Shown piece by piece: positions 28,599 to 39,288 of a stretch of DNA of 64,000 bases. Both the position numbers and the translations under genes were made by a program. A model generated the notes under the pieces. It made no database searches, had not been told where the DNA came from, and was given only the letters and a program-made list of their open reading frames with translations. Every line of letters starts with the position of its first letter. Position 1 is the first letter of the stretch. Source of the stretch: SAR86 cluster bacterium (lineage in GTDB: Bacteria; Pseudomonadota; Gammaproteobacteria; Magnimaribacterales; TMED112); the NCBI GenBank assembly GCA_023703535.1, contig CP097967.1, positions 28,543-92,542 of the forward strand. The letters are read 5' to 3'.

Positions 28599-29601
28599 AT
28601 CTATTAATTATATTAATTATTTTTTTCTTTTTAATTTTCTCAATTTCATCATATTTATGTGATGTTAAGTCAGTAAAATCTATTTTTGTAATTTCATTTA
28701 TAACATTGAAAAAATATTCATTCTTATCATCAAAATATTTGATTATATCTAGAAAAATGATTCTATTTTTATCATTTAAAAATGATGTGAAGAAAAGAAA
28801 TTTATCATCAGGACTACTACTTTTGTCAAATTGTTGAATTTGTTTCCATATTTCTAGGTATTTTAGAAATTTCTTTGGCATATATTTTTTGAGCTTTAAA
28901 CAAAAATTATATTTATTTGCTTGATCAACTTGAGAAAGAGCAATTTCAGGCCTTTGATCAATTATTTTTGGTATTTCAATTAACTTTGAAAACCAAGGTT
29001 CTTGAAGATTAAAATTTTTAATCACTTTTAAAAATCTTGAAAAATCAAAATTCAATGCCTTCAAAGTTTCTTCCCAAACTCTTTCACCACTAAGGTAATG
29101 AAGCTCATCAGATTGTGATATTTTTTTTAAAATTGTTTTTGTATCAGAATGAATCTCGAAGCCATCGAATTTTGCATAAAATCTTGCAAGTCTTAATACT
29201 CTGAGTGGATCCTCAATAAAAGCTGAAGAAACGTGTCTTATTACACCATTTTTTAAATCATCAATACCTCTATATGGATCAATTAAATTTCCATGTTCAT
29301 CTTCTGCTATTGCATTAATAGTTATATCTCTTCGTTTTAGATCTTCTTCTAAAGACACCTCAGGTGAAAAATCAAAATTAAAAGCTTTATGTCCAGATCC
29401 TATATTTCTTTCCTTTCTTGCCAGCGCATATTCTTCGTTTGTTTCAGGATGTAAGAAAACTGGAAAATCCTTACCAACCTTTTTAAAACCTTTCTCAATC
29501 ATTTCACTTTCTGTGCTTCCTACAACAACATAATCTGAATCTTTAGCTTTAAGCTTGAGAATTCTATCTCTTATTGCACCACCAACTCTATAAATTTTCA
29601 T
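28591..29601 (-). CDS. cca: tRNA CCA-adding nucleotidyltransferase, short form without an HD domain
   Basis: MKIYRVGGAIRDRIL, RRDITINA and EDPLRVLRLARF. There is no HD dipeptide anywhere in the 336 aa. Confidence 0.88.
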   Translation of the reverse strand: MKIYRVGGAIRDRILKLKAKDSDYVVVGSTESEMIEKGFKKVGKDFPVFLHPETNEEYALARKERNIGSGHKAFNFDFSPEVSLEEDLKRRDITINAIAEDEHGNLIDPYRGIDDLKNGVIRHVSSAFIEDPLRVLRLARFYAKFDGFEIHSDTKTILKKISQSDELHYLSGERVWEETLKALNFDFSRFLKVIKNFNLQEPWFSKLIEIPKIIDQRPEIALSQVDQANKYNFCLKLKKYMPKKFLKYLEIWKQIQQFDKSSSPDDKFLFFTSFLNDKNRIIFLDIIKYFDDKNEYFFNVINEITKIDFTDLTSHKYDEIEKIKKKKIINIINRYE

Positions 29602-30416
29602 TTTTGCGAATCTACTGTAATAATTGATCTGTCGTTAATATTGATTGCGGCTAAAGAACCACCCCAGACACACCCAAGGTCAACACCTTTTATTTTATTA
29701 TTATTTGTAACACCTTTTAGTGCGGCCCAATGGCCAAACACAATACTATCAACTTCTTTTAGAGCCTTGTGTTTGTAATTGAACCATGGCTGATATTTTT
29801 GTTTTGGTGACTTCTTAATTTTAGTATTTAAGTCTAGTTTATTTTCTTTAGTTATGAATCTCATTCTGGTGAAAACATTAACAAGGTATCTTCTTCTATT
29901 TTTCTTATTAGTTGATTTAGAGATTGCCTTCCTTCTGTCGCCATACATTTGATCAAGAAATTTTTCAGGGTTAGATTTTAAGGAAGAGGTTAATTCTTCA
30001 TTTGCAGCTTTTACATCCTCAATAGACCAGGTGGGAAGAACACCTGCATGTACAACAAGTGTTTTTTTTGTCTCATTTGAGAGCACTTTGGCAAAAGGGA
30101 AATTTAAAAAATAATCTAAAATTTCAACAGACTTATTCTTGCTTATAATTTTTGTCATAGTATCTTTTTTGTCATTATGTTTACGTACTCCTGCTAGAAT
30201 CGCCATTAGATGCAAATCATGGTTACCAAGTACACTTTTTACTTTATTCTCTAAAACATAATCAACTACCTTTTCAGATTCTGGACCTCTATTCACAAGA
30301 TCACCTACACAGAAGAATTTATTTTCCTTATTTGGGTCTATAAGTTTTAGTAAATTTTTAAATTCTTTGTAACAACCTTGAATATCACCTATTACAAATT
30401 TAGATTTGTTGTTCAT
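29598..30416 (-). CDS. apaH: bis(5'-nucleosyl)-tetraphosphatase (symmetrical)
   Basis: GDIQGCY, GDLVNRGP and GNHD metallophosphatase motifs; synteny with rsmA-pdxA-surA. Confidence 0.92.
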   Translation of the reverse strand: MNNKSKFVIGDIQGCYKEFKNLLKLIDPNKENKFFCVGDLVNRGPESEKVVDYVLENKVKSVLGNHDLHLMAILAGVRKHNDKKDTMTKIISKNKSVEILDYFLNFPFAKVLSNETKKTLVVHAGVLPTWSIEDVKAANEELTSSLKSNPEKFLDQMYGDRRKAISKSTNKKNRRRYLVNVFTRMRFITKENKLDLNTKIKKSPKQKYQPWFNYKHKALKEVDSIVFGHWAALKGVTNNNKIKGVDLGCVWGGSLAAININDRSIITVDSQK

Positions 30417-31161
30417 AAGCCCTTAGTATTTCAAAAAAATCTTCCAAGACAAGCTCCTCAGGACGTTTATTAATATCAAACGAAAAAAATTCCATTTCAA
30501 GATTTAATGCTTTTAATCCAGCCTTAATTTTTTTCCTTGGGTTTGCGAAGCACTTGGTTAAAACCATTTTAAAATTTTGATAATTTAGCCCTCTTTCTTT
30601 GTTGTTTTTAACTAATCTGATTAGTGTTGAAGTCACCTTTGGTTTTGGATGAAATGCCTCAGGTGGTATATCAAATATTCCATGAATTGTTCCAAAATAT
30701 TCGGTTATTAATGAAAGTTTATTTTGTTTCTCTTTTTTTGAAATGAATCTCTCTGCCATTTCCTTTTGAACGAGAAAAATACATTCAAGAAAAACAAAGT
30801 CCTCTTCTAAAATCTTTAAAATAATTTGGGATGAAATGTTATAAGGCAGATTACCGAAGACTATAAGACTTTCTGAGGAAAATTTATGTAAATCAACTGC
30901 CAGAATATCTGCATTTATAAACTCCACATTATTATTATCAGAAAACTTATTATTTAAGATACTATGTAATTTACTATCTATTTCAATGCCCCTAAATTTT
31001 TTATTTGTATTGGCTAAATAATTTGTAAGAGCACCATCACCAGGTCCTATTTCAATAATTTCAGTGGCGTTTGGCAGATTGGTGCATGCAAGGATTTTTT
31101 CAATAAAAGTATTATCTCTTAAAAAGTTTTGGCCAAGAGATTTTTTAGGCTTTATTTTCAT
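30400..31161 (-). CDS. rsmA: 16S rRNA dimethyladenosine transferase
   Basis: KKSLGQNFLRD, EIGPGDGALT and NLPYNISS. Confidence 0.95.
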   Translation of the reverse strand: MKIKPKKSLGQNFLRDNTFIEKILACTNLPNATEIIEIGPGDGALTNYLANTNKKFRGIEIDSKLHSILNNKFSDNNNVEFINADILAVDLHKFSSESLIVFGNLPYNISSQIILKILEEDFVFLECIFLVQKEMAERFISKKEKQNKLSLITEYFGTIHGIFDIPPEAFHPKPKVTSTLIRLVKNNKERGLNYQNFKMVLTKCFANPRKKIKAGLKALNLEMEFFSFDINKRPEELVLEDFFEILRAYEQQI

Positions 31162-32113
31162 TCAAAGCAATTTTTATCGATTTTATCATGCTGCTAGGGT
31201 CTGCTTTAAAATCTGATGCTATATCTTCAGCTGTCCCGTGATCAACAGAGACACGCATAAAAGGTAGTCCAATAGTAATATTTACAGTGCCATGAAAATC
31301 TAGTGTTTTAATTACTGGCAAAGCTTGATCATGATACATAGAAAGATATCCATCACATTTTGATGAAACAAAAGCGGTATCCGCAGGCAATGGTCCGATC
31401 AGATTAAATTTATTACTTAGCTTGCGTACGGTAGGCTGAACAATATTTTTATCTTCTTGACCATATTCGCCCCTTTCACCTGCATGTGGATTTAATCCTA
31501 AAATACCCATCAAAGGATTTTGTATATTAAAAAGTTCTCTTAATCCTTTTTCTAAAAGGGTTATTTTATTCATTAATAGTTTTTCAGTAACAGTATTTGA
31601 AACTTCATTAAGAGGTATGTGGGTAGTTGCAAGACCAATTTTTAGCTGATCGTTCGCTAACAACATCAAAACATCATTACAAGAAAATTTATTCTTTAAG
31701 TATTCAGTATGCCCCTGAAAATTTTTAATTTTTGAAGAAATAACACTTTTATTAATAGGACCTGTAACAAGATTGAATCTATTTTCAAATGCCAAATCTG
31801 ATGCAATATTAATGCAGTCGATAACATAATCTGCATTATTTTCATCTGATTTTCCTACTTTGTAGTTTGGGCAATTCTGAACATTAATAAAATTAATCTT
31901 ATTCGGTTTAACATCTTTGATATTAAATAGCTCATTGAATCTAAAACCAAACTTGAGCTGGCTATTTACAAAATCTAAGACACTTAATGAACTTACAACA
32001 ATAATTCTTTCAAAAATTTCTTTTGAATTTATTTTAGATAAAGCCTTTAAAAAAATTTCAGGTCCAATGCCCGCAGGATCACCTAAAGAAACGATAATTT
32101 TTTTATTTATCAA
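31145..32113 (-). CDS. pdxA: 4-hydroxythreonine-4-phosphate dehydrogenase
   Basis: GDPAGIGPEI, GHTEYL, NPHAGE and SVDHGTA. Confidence 0.95.
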   Translation of the reverse strand: MINKKIIVSLGDPAGIGPEIFLKALSKINSKEIFERIIVVSSLSVLDFVNSQLKFGFRFNELFNIKDVKPNKINFINVQNCPNYKVGKSDENNADYVIDCINIASDLAFENRFNLVTGPINKSVISSKIKNFQGHTEYLKNKFSCNDVLMLLANDQLKIGLATTHIPLNEVSNTVTEKLLMNKITLLEKGLRELFNIQNPLMGILGLNPHAGERGEYGQEDKNIVQPTVRKLSNKFNLIGPLPADTAFVSSKCDGYLSMYHDQALPVIKTLDFHGTVNITIGLPFMRVSVDHGTAEDIASDFKADPSSMIKSIKIALNENKA

Positions 32114-33360
32114 TAGTCCTTTATTTCTATGAACGCTTCAGCTCGAAGTTCTTGTAGATCAGATTCAAGTTCTTCCTCAAATTTTCTACTGTAAAGATAA
32201 TTAAATGCTTGATCTGCAATTCTTTCATTTGTCTTGTCTTCAATTCTTGTACCGGTAACTTCCAAAATATGCCATCCAAAGTCGGAGCGAAAAGGAAGAG
32301 AAACTTCATTGAGATTAGATCTCATCATTACTTCTTCAAAGGCCTCTGTGTACTTTCCTTCACCTGCCCAGCCAAGCCTTCCGCCTTCTTGTTTTGAGCC
32401 GGGATCATCGCTAAACTCTGCAGCCAATTGATCAAAACCTTCACCAGATAGTAATCTTTCTCTTATGGAAACCATTAATTCCTCAGATTCGTCATCTGGT
32501 CTTACTCTGTTAGGAATGAGGAGTATATGTCTAACTTCCCACTCTTTTTCAAAGGAAACTGCTGGACCTCTCTTGTCATTTAGATAAAGAATATGTGAGC
32601 CTGCACCACTTTTTATTACGTCTGAAACTTCTCCAATCTTAAGATTTTCAAGTGCACTCTGAAATAATTCTGGGAAACCAGTTATTTTTCTCCAACCTAA
32701 ATCTCCCTTATTCTGATCTTCTGAAAAATTTTCTGATAGCTCTATGAAATTTTTTCCATCATTAATAGACTCAACAACTTCACTATACACATCATCAATA
32801 TTTTTCTGAGAATTTGTTCTTATTAGAATTTGTCTAACATTTAGTTCTGGCCCTAACTGTGTTTTAGCTTCTTCTGTATTAAGAAAATTTACTAATTCTT
32901 CTTGAGTTATAGATATTCTATTTTGAACTCTTCCTTGTTGTACTCTATTAATTTTTAATGATCTTTTGATTTCATCTCTAACAAGTTCATAGGAATCGCC
33001 TTCATCTTCAATTGATTGGATAAACTCTTCAATTGTTAACTCATTTTGCTGAGCAACTCTTTTAACAGTAACATTAAGTTCTTCATCACTAATTTTTATA
33101 CCTGCTTTATCAGCTATCTGCAGCTGAAGTTCCTCAATTATCAGAGCTTCGATTATTTCATCTCTTAAATCTTTTTCAGAAGGAACCCTCACTCCTGAAA
33201 TAGCAGCTTCTTTCTTAAAATTTTTAATTTTAAGTTGTATATCTGACTCAAGAACAACGCCATCATTAACAATCACTGCAATCCTATCAACCGTCTGACT
33301 ATAAGCACTAGCAGATAGTGAAAGTACAAAAATTAATTTAATTAAATAATCCATTTTCAA
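32110..33360 (-). CDS. surA: periplasmic chaperone / PPIase SurA
   Basis: Signal peptide, SurA N-domain and two parvulin repeats (VRQILI, VRHILL..GDLGW/GRLGW). Confidence 0.92.
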   Translation of the reverse strand: MKMDYLIKLIFVLSLSASAYSQTVDRIAVIVNDGVVLESDIQLKIKNFKKEAAISGVRVPSEKDLRDEIIEALIIEELQLQIADKAGIKISDEELNVTVKRVAQQNELTIEEFIQSIEDEGDSYELVRDEIKRSLKINRVQQGRVQNRISITQEELVNFLNTEEAKTQLGPELNVRQILIRTNSQKNIDDVYSEVVESINDGKNFIELSENFSEDQNKGDLGWRKITGFPELFQSALENLKIGEVSDVIKSGAGSHILYLNDKRGPAVSFEKEWEVRHILLIPNRVRPDDESEELMVSIRERLLSGEGFDQLAAEFSDDPGSKQEGGRLGWAGEGKYTEAFEEVMMRSNLNEVSLPFRSDFGWHILEVTGTRIEDKTNERIADQAFNYLYSRKFEEELESDLQELRAEAFIEIKDY

Positions 33361-35215
33361 TTATATTTTCTACTGGGTTTAAAATATTTGAAAGCCCTAT
33401 CAGTTCAAATTCAAAGCTAAGGTTATTTTTTACCTGAGGATTAGTCAAATTTATTATCTGCATATAAGACAAATTTATGTTGTCAGGTTCTATATATGGA
33501 AAAAATCTAGCTCGTTCAAGACTTAATCTTAGTTTCAAACAATCTACAGACCATTCTCCACCAATAACACTTTCATTAATAATTTCATTTTCTTGTGAAT
33601 ATTGAGCTCTAGTAAATAAAGTTATATCGCCAAATTTTTGTTTTGCTTTTAAAACATAATTATTTATTCCAGATAAGGGAAAACTTGCCATAGCAAATTC
33701 ATTTTTTTCTAATGAAAATAAACCCTCTTGGTCCGAATATTTTATGCCGAACCGTAGCCCCATAAATTTTTCTTTTTCAACACTATAGTTTCCATTTGTA
33801 AAATAAGAAAAGTTTCCAGCATTTTTTTGAATCTTAAAAAAAATTGGTTTCTTCTCATAAAACTTTTTGAAAATCATGCTTTCATCTGAAAAGTTATAGT
33901 CCTCATATAAGTTTGTTGATACAGAGTAATCAAAACTGCTCAATGATCCTGAGTGAAAAATAAATAACTTATTTTGATTAGGCCCTCTATCTTTCCCTGA
34001 CCAAGGCTGTAAAGATATATTAGATTCTGGAGTAGGCATTCTTGGATAGGAATCAAGTATGGGAACTTCTGATTGATCTTCATATGAGGAAATAATCACA
34101 CCTAGTTTGAGTCCTTTAATTTCAGGAAAAGAAAAATTCTGACTGAAAGCAAAGTCATTTTTTTGGATGCCTTCAATTGTTTTGTCCTTAAAAGAGTAGT
34201 CCCTTATCTGTACAAGAAAATCAGTATCAATTTTTATCTTATTGTTTTGATATTTATTAGAAGCTCTAAGTTCTGTAAAAAAACGCTCTACATTGTCGTA
34301 AACAGAATAAGGCAACTGAAAGATTTTGTTAGATTTATCTTTAAATTTTGCAAATTCTGTTACTAAATCTATACGAAATTGACCTATATCAAAAAATAAA
34401 TCACTTGTTACGTAATCTTTTCTATGTGAAACAGGTCTAGCAATACCTAGCTGTTTGAAGTCATCACTTCCAAAACTCATAAATAAATTATCAAGCTCAT
34501 AAGACAAATTTATAGATTGCCGCAGATCTAAACTTCTTCTACTTGCGTCTAGATATCTATATCCGTAGTTTTGTATTAATGATTGACCTGAAAAATCAGA
34601 ATAATTCACTCCAAATGTAATATTTTCGCCAATTAAGGAGTTTCCAATTAGCTTGTACACCCAAGAGCCATCATCATCATTCAGAGCTAAGCTTGTAAAT
34701 TTATAATTATTGTCATCATCCTTATGCTGGTATTTAAATGAAGCACCAAACTTAGATTTTGTGTAAACAGGCTCTAAGACAAATGAACTATTTTCATATT
34801 TTCTTTGAAATTTATAACTAATATCTATTTCATTATCTGTTAATCCGAGAGAGGGTATTGAAATAGATTCTTTATCATCGTAATTTACTTGATTTACCCA
34901 AAAAATTGGAATATCAAATAAAGTGACTTTCGCTTTTTTTAGTTGAATGCTTTTATCTTTTTTAAGAGAAGCTTCATCTGCTGAAAATTTCCATACAGCA
35001 TCTTTATCACATGTATATATTTCAACATCAGTTAAAACTGTTTCATTATTTTTAAGTTCTGCACTCTTAAAACCCAATGAGGTTTTTTCGTCCAGTTTGA
35101 TTTCACCATCAGCTAACTTTATTTGTGAGTTTTCGTCTTCATCAGAACACTCAGCCCATAAAAAACTTTGATAGGTTAATGTAAATAACAATAATAGTTT
35201 TTTAAATTTGTTCAT
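33338..35215 (-). CDS. lptD: LPS-assembly outer-membrane protein LptD, short (625 aa)
   Basis: Signal peptide, a beta-strand-rich sequence ending in an aromatic residue (..NGLFN), and a conserved position upstream of surA. Confidence 0.75.
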   Translation of the reverse strand: MNKFKKLLLLFTLTYQSFLWAECSDEDENSQIKLADGEIKLDEKTSLGFKSAELKNNETVLTDVEIYTCDKDAVWKFSADEASLKKDKSIQLKKAKVTLFDIPIFWVNQVNYDDKESISIPSLGLTDNEIDISYKFQRKYENSSFVLEPVYTKSKFGASFKYQHKDDDNNYKFTSLALNDDDGSWVYKLIGNSLIGENITFGVNYSDFSGQSLIQNYGYRYLDASRRSLDLRQSINLSYELDNLFMSFGSDDFKQLGIARPVSHRKDYVTSDLFFDIGQFRIDLVTEFAKFKDKSNKIFQLPYSVYDNVERFFTELRASNKYQNNKIKIDTDFLVQIRDYSFKDKTIEGIQKNDFAFSQNFSFPEIKGLKLGVIISSYEDQSEVPILDSYPRMPTPESNISLQPWSGKDRGPNQNKLFIFHSGSLSSFDYSVSTNLYEDYNFSDESMIFKKFYEKKPIFFKIQKNAGNFSYFTNGNYSVEKEKFMGLRFGIKYSDQEGLFSLEKNEFAMASFPLSGINNYVLKAKQKFGDITLFTRAQYSQENEIINESVIGGEWSVDCLKLRLSLERARFFPYIEPDNINLSYMQIINLTNPQVKNNLSFEFELIGLSNILNPVENIIENGLFN

Positions 35216-35256
35216 ATGCCTGTTATTATAGGACTTTTAAAATGTAAAAAAGTTTT

Positions 35257-36114
35257 ATGAGTTTGAAAGATAAAGTGATTTTTATGACAGGCGGAAGTCG
35301 AGGCATAGGTCTGTCTATCGCATTAAAAGCAGCAGCCGATGGAGCGAAAATTGCGATTGCGGCAAAAACAGCTGATCCACATCCTAAACTACCTGGAACA
35401 ATATTTACTGCAGTCGAAGAAATTGAAGCAGCAGGAGGGCATGGACTACCGATTCAATGTGATATCAGAGATGAGCATAATGTACATGAATCAGTAAAGA
35501 AAGCTGTAGATCATTTTGGTGGAATAGATATCTGCATTAATAACGCATCTGCAATAAGCCTTACACCTACGTTAGATACTGATATGAAAAGATACGACTT
35601 AATGCATAACATTAATGGTAGAGGTACATTCCTCACAAGTAAGGCATGCATACCACACCTTTTAAAATCAGATAATCCACACATTTTGAATATTTCACCG
35701 CCTTTAGATATGAATCCAATGTGGTTCCAGGGTCATGTTGCCTACACAATGGCTAAATATAATATGAGTCTATGTGTTTTAGGAATGGCAGCTGAATATA
35801 AAGGACAAATTGGAGTAAATGCTCTTTGGCCAAGAACAGCTATTAAGACAGCAGCAGTAAAAAATGTTTTAGGTGGAGATGAAATGATGAAAAAGTCTAG
35901 GGACCCACAGATAATGGCTGATGCTGCACATATAATTCTAAATAAAGACAAAGATAAATTTTCTGGCAATTTTGTTTTAGATGATTCTTTACTAGCAGAA
36001 CATGGTGAAACAGACTTTAGTAAATATGCTGATTATCCATTCGCAGAGCTTATACCAGATTTTTTCGTACCCGAAGATGCTTATCCAGTTCCTCAGGTAG
36101 TAAAAGATAGTTGA
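35257..36114 (+). CDS. SDR-family oxidoreductase (HSDL2-like), compositionally GC-elevated
   Basis: MTGGSRGIG Rossmann motif, NNASA and YTMAK. Two 60-nt lines counted by hand gave 40% and 47% GC. Confidence 0.8.
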   Translation: MSLKDKVIFMTGGSRGIGLSIALKAAADGAKIAIAAKTADPHPKLPGTIFTAVEEIEAAGGHGLPIQCDIRDEHNVHESVKKAVDHFGGIDICINNASAISLTPTLDTDMKRYDLMHNINGRGTFLTSKACIPHLLKSDNPHILNISPPLDMNPMWFQGHVAYTMAKYNMSLCVLGMAAEYKGQIGVNALWPRTAIKTAAVKNVLGGDEMMKKSRDPQIMADAAHIILNKDKDKFSGNFVLDDSLLAEHGETDFSKYADYPFAELIPDFFVPEDAYPVPQVVKDS

Positions 36115-37025
36115 AAAAAGACTTAAAAGAAGCAATCAGTTGGTTAGAAAAAATTCTAGGCAACCATTCATTTCAGATTAGCCCACTAAGACAAGAAGCA
36201 AGTGAGAGAAGTTATTTCAGAATAACTTTAAAAAACGATAGCTATGTTTTAATGAATAATTTCGGCTCCAAAGAAAACGCAGCGAATTTTATTAAAATAC
36301 AAAAAATATTAAAAGATGAAAAAGTAAATGTTCCAGATATTTTTGGTTTTTCAGATGAATTGGATTACTTACTTCTTGAAGATTTAGGCGACATTACACT
36401 CGATGAATATGATGAATTATCTGAGGAAGATTTTTTGAATATTGCTTCAGTTGAATTAGAAAAAATACGATCAATTCCAAACTTCTCTATTGAGGAAAAT
36501 ATATCACCTGAAATACATCATTCTCAGACTGAGGAATTCTTAAATTTTTTTTACGATAAAAAAATAGACATATCTTCAGAAGAAAAATTATTAATTGAAG
36601 AATTAAGAAATTCAATTTCATCAAAGCTAGCAGAACAAGCCATTGTGCCAACTCATTTTGATTATGAAAGAAGGAACATGATTTTTTATAACGACAAAAT
36701 TCATATCATTGATTTCCAAGATCTTAAATCTGGTCCGATAAGCATCGATGCTGCGTCTTTAATTTTTGAACATAAATTTAATTATTCTGAAGAATTAGTA
36801 AACAGATTTTCTAAGAGATTAATTGGTGACGATTTACAAACAGAAATTTATGTTGCGCTTGCTCATCGTTCAATGAGGATCATTGGAACATTTAACAGAT
36901 ACTTCAAAGAGGGTAAGCTTTTGAATCGTCAAAAAGATATAAGCCTCTTTGTCGACAGGCTTTTATTAGCTTTAAGATACTTAAATGAAAAAGATACGTT
37001 AAAGGTTGTTGAGAAATTAATATGA
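36111..37025 (+). CDS. amgK: APH-family kinase, AmgK-like (N-acetylmuramate/GlcNAc anomeric kinase)
   Basis: Brenner motif HFDYERRNM and IIDFQD. It is paired with a MurU-like gene next to lptD, as in Pseudomonas. Confidence 0.6.
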   Translation: MKKDLKEAISWLEKILGNHSFQISPLRQEASERSYFRITLKNDSYVLMNNFGSKENAANFIKIQKILKDEKVNVPDIFGFSDELDYLLLEDLGDITLDEYDELSEEDFLNIASVELEKIRSIPNFSIEENISPEIHHSQTEEFLNFFYDKKIDISSEEKLLIEELRNSISSKLAEQAIVPTHFDYERRNMIFYNDKIHIIDFQDLKSGPISIDAASLIFEHKFNYSEELVNRFSKRLIGDDLQTEIYVALAHRSMRIIGTFNRYFKEGKLLNRQKDISLFVDRLLLALRYLNEKDTLKVVEKLI

Positions 37026-37660
37026 AAGCAATGATTCTCGCTGCAGGCTTTGGTAAAAGACTTGGACGTTTAACACAAAATATACCTAAACCTCTTATTC
37101 AAGTGAAAGGAAAAGCTTTGATTGACTATCATTTAGAAAAACTTATCAAATCAGGTTTTGAGACGGTGGTAATAAACCTTCACTATCTAGGCGAACAAAT
37201 AGAAGAACATATAACTTCTAATTTCTCTGGAAAAATAAAAATTATATTTAGTCATGAGAAAGAAATTTTAGGCACTTGTGGTGGTATTTCAAATGCAATC
37301 AATCATTTTGGAAATGATGACTTCCTAGTATTAAATGCTGATATTTTTAGTGACATTGATTATGTGTATTTTAAAAAATTTAAAGCGCCAACAATTTTTG
37401 CAGTTAAGAATGATAAAAATGGAGATTTTTCAATTGAAAATGAAAAAGTTATTGTTCATGGTGAAAAGAATTTCACTTGGACAGGATTTAGCATAATCAA
37501 TTCCTCTTTTTTTCAAGGAATGGAAACAAAATACTCACACTATTGGGAAGACTTAATGATGCATCTAGCCGCGGAGGGGAAAGTCGTTGCAGATATTCCA
37601 AATATAAATTGGTATGATGTTGGTATTAAGGATACCCTTGATTTTTTAAACAGTGAATAA
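37022..37660 (+). CDS. murU: sugar-1-phosphate nucleotidyltransferase, MurU-like
   Basis: [10 protein letters not shown] nucleotidyltransferase signature; translationally coupled to amgK. Confidence 0.6.
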   Translation: MKAMILAAGFGKRLGRLTQNIPKPLIQVKGKALIDYHLEKLIKSGFETVVINLHYLGEQIEEHITSNFSGKIKIIFSHEKEILGTCGGISNAINHFGNDDFLVLNADIFSDIDYVYFKKFKAPTIFAVKNDKNGDFSIENEKVIVHGEKNFTWTGFSIINSSFFQGMETKYSHYWEDLMMHLAAEGKVVADIPNINWYDVGIKDTLDFLNSE

Positions 37661-38312
37661 GGTAATTGCTCCCTCTATTTTATCAGCAGACTTTGCTCGG
37701 CTAGGAGATGAGGTGAATGCAGTTTTAGATTCTGGCGCAGATTGGATACATTTTGATGTGATGGATAATCATTATGTGCCTAACCTTACAATCGGCCCAA
37801 TGGTTTGTAAGTCTTTAAGAGATTTTGGAATAAAAGATTTTATCGATGTACATCTTATGGTGGAGCCAGTTGACGATTTAGTAAAAAAATTCGCTAAAGC
37901 TGGTGCTGATCTAATTTCATTTCACCCTGAAGCAAGTAATCATGTCGACAGAACTCTTGGAAAGATTAAAGATGCAGGCTGTCAGTCTGGTTTGGTTTTA
38001 AATCCAGCTAGCCCCTTGTCATTAATAGAGGATCTTTTAGAAGAAGTTGACTTAATTCTACTTATGTCGGTAAATCCAGGTTTTGGTGGACAAAAATTCA
38101 TATCAAGGACTCTCCCAAAAATTAAAAAGCTTAGATCCTTGATCGATCAATCTGGCAAAGATATAAGGCTTGAGGTTGATGGAGGTATAAATGAGCAAAA
38201 TATAAAAGAAATTTCTGACGCCGGCGCAGATACATTTGTAATGGGATCTGCAATTTTTAATTCTGATGATTATAAAAAAACAATTTCTACTGTTCGTAAC
38301 CTTATTTCTTAA
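37653..38312 (+). CDS. rpe: ribulose-phosphate 3-epimerase
   Basis: [28 protein letters not shown] and [12 protein letters not shown]; GTG start. Confidence 0.95.
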   Translation: MNKVIAPSILSADFARLGDEVNAVLDSGADWIHFDVMDNHYVPNLTIGPMVCKSLRDFGIKDFIDVHLMVEPVDDLVKKFAKAGADLISFHPEASNHVDRTLGKIKDAGCQSGLVLNPASPLSLIEDLLEEVDLILLMSVNPGFGGQKFISRTLPKIKKLRSLIDQSGKDIRLEVDGGINEQNIKEISDAGADTFVMGSAIFNSDDYKKTISTVRNLIS

Positions 38313-38676
38313 CTTTTTACTACTTGCAGAAAAAATCAAGATAAATAATTCTGTATTAGAGGTCGTAATAGCTGATACCAAGCAATCTAGAAATCAAGGT
38401 CTAATGTTTATCGACTCTTTAGATAAAAATATGGGCATGTTTTTTGTATGGCCCGAGACTTCAAAAAAATGTATGTGGATGAGAAATACAAAAATTCCTT
38501 TATCAGTTGCTTTTATTGATGAAAATTATCTTATTAGAGAGATTAAAGAATTAAAGCCATTGAATCTAGATTCTGTTTGCTCAAGATCAGAGTCAATAAA
38601 ATTTGCTTTGGAAGTGAATCAGGGATGGTTTGTTGAAAAAAATATTAAGATTTTTAACAAAATAATTGTTGAATAG
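38266..38676 (+). CDS. DUF192 (COG1430) secreted protein
   Basis: Signal-like N-terminus, plus [27 protein letters not shown]. Confidence 0.7.
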   Translation: MIIKKQFLLFVTLFLNFLLLAEKIKINNSVLEVVIADTKQSRNQGLMFIDSLDKNMGMFFVWPETSKKCMWMRNTKIPLSVAFIDENYLIREIKELKPLNLDSVCSRSESIKFALEVNQGWFVEKNIKIFNKIIVE

Positions 38677-39288
38677 TTAAATATATCTACTTAATGTTGT
38701 CATTGATTTAGCAGTGATTTTCATCAAACCTTTAACTACTGTAGGAAGCTCTTCTCCCCCATGATCTTTAGCTTCTTTGCCGTGTTCCTCCTCTTCATCA
38801 ATCATTTTTTTGAGAATTTCACGACTTTTTGTATCACTTGGAGACATTTCATCAAGATGTCCTTCTAAGTGTTTAACAACTTGTTTTTCTGTTTCTTCTA
38901 TAAAGCCCAGACTTTTTTCATCCCCAAAAAAGGCTGCTATCGATCCCAGTGTAAAAGAACCTGCGTAATAAAATGGGTCTAATAATGACTTTCTGCCTCC
39001 AAGTTCTTTCAATCTTTTATCACACCATTTTAAATGTCTAAATTCTTCTTCACCTGCTTTAAGGAGATGTTTTTTTACTTTCTTTGATTTAGCAAAAAAT
39101 GCTTGTCCCCTATAAAGTGCTTGAGCAGCAACCTCACCTGAAGCATTGACCCTCATAAGTGAAATGGAGTGTCTCTTTTCATCTTCCGAAAGGGATTCAT
39201 CTGGCTTTCCCTCTTCTTTATGATTCATAATTTTTAAAAAATGATTGAATTCGCCAGCAATTTTTTCTTCAAGACTCATAAATATCAC
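38677..39288 (-). CDS. coq7: demethoxyubiquinone hydroxylase Coq7
   Basis: RVNASGEVAAQALYRGQ and di-iron ExxH motifs (EEFRH, EEEEH). Confidence 0.88.
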   Translation of the reverse strand: MIFMSLEEKIAGEFNHFLKIMNHKEEGKPDESLSEDEKRHSISLMRVNASGEVAAQALYRGQAFFAKSKKVKKHLLKAGEEEFRHLKWCDKRLKELGGRKSLLDPFYYAGSFTLGSIAAFFGDEKSLGFIEETEKQVVKHLEGHLDEMSPSDTKSREILKKMIDEEEEHGKEAKDHGGEELPTVVKGLMKITAKSMTTLSRYI

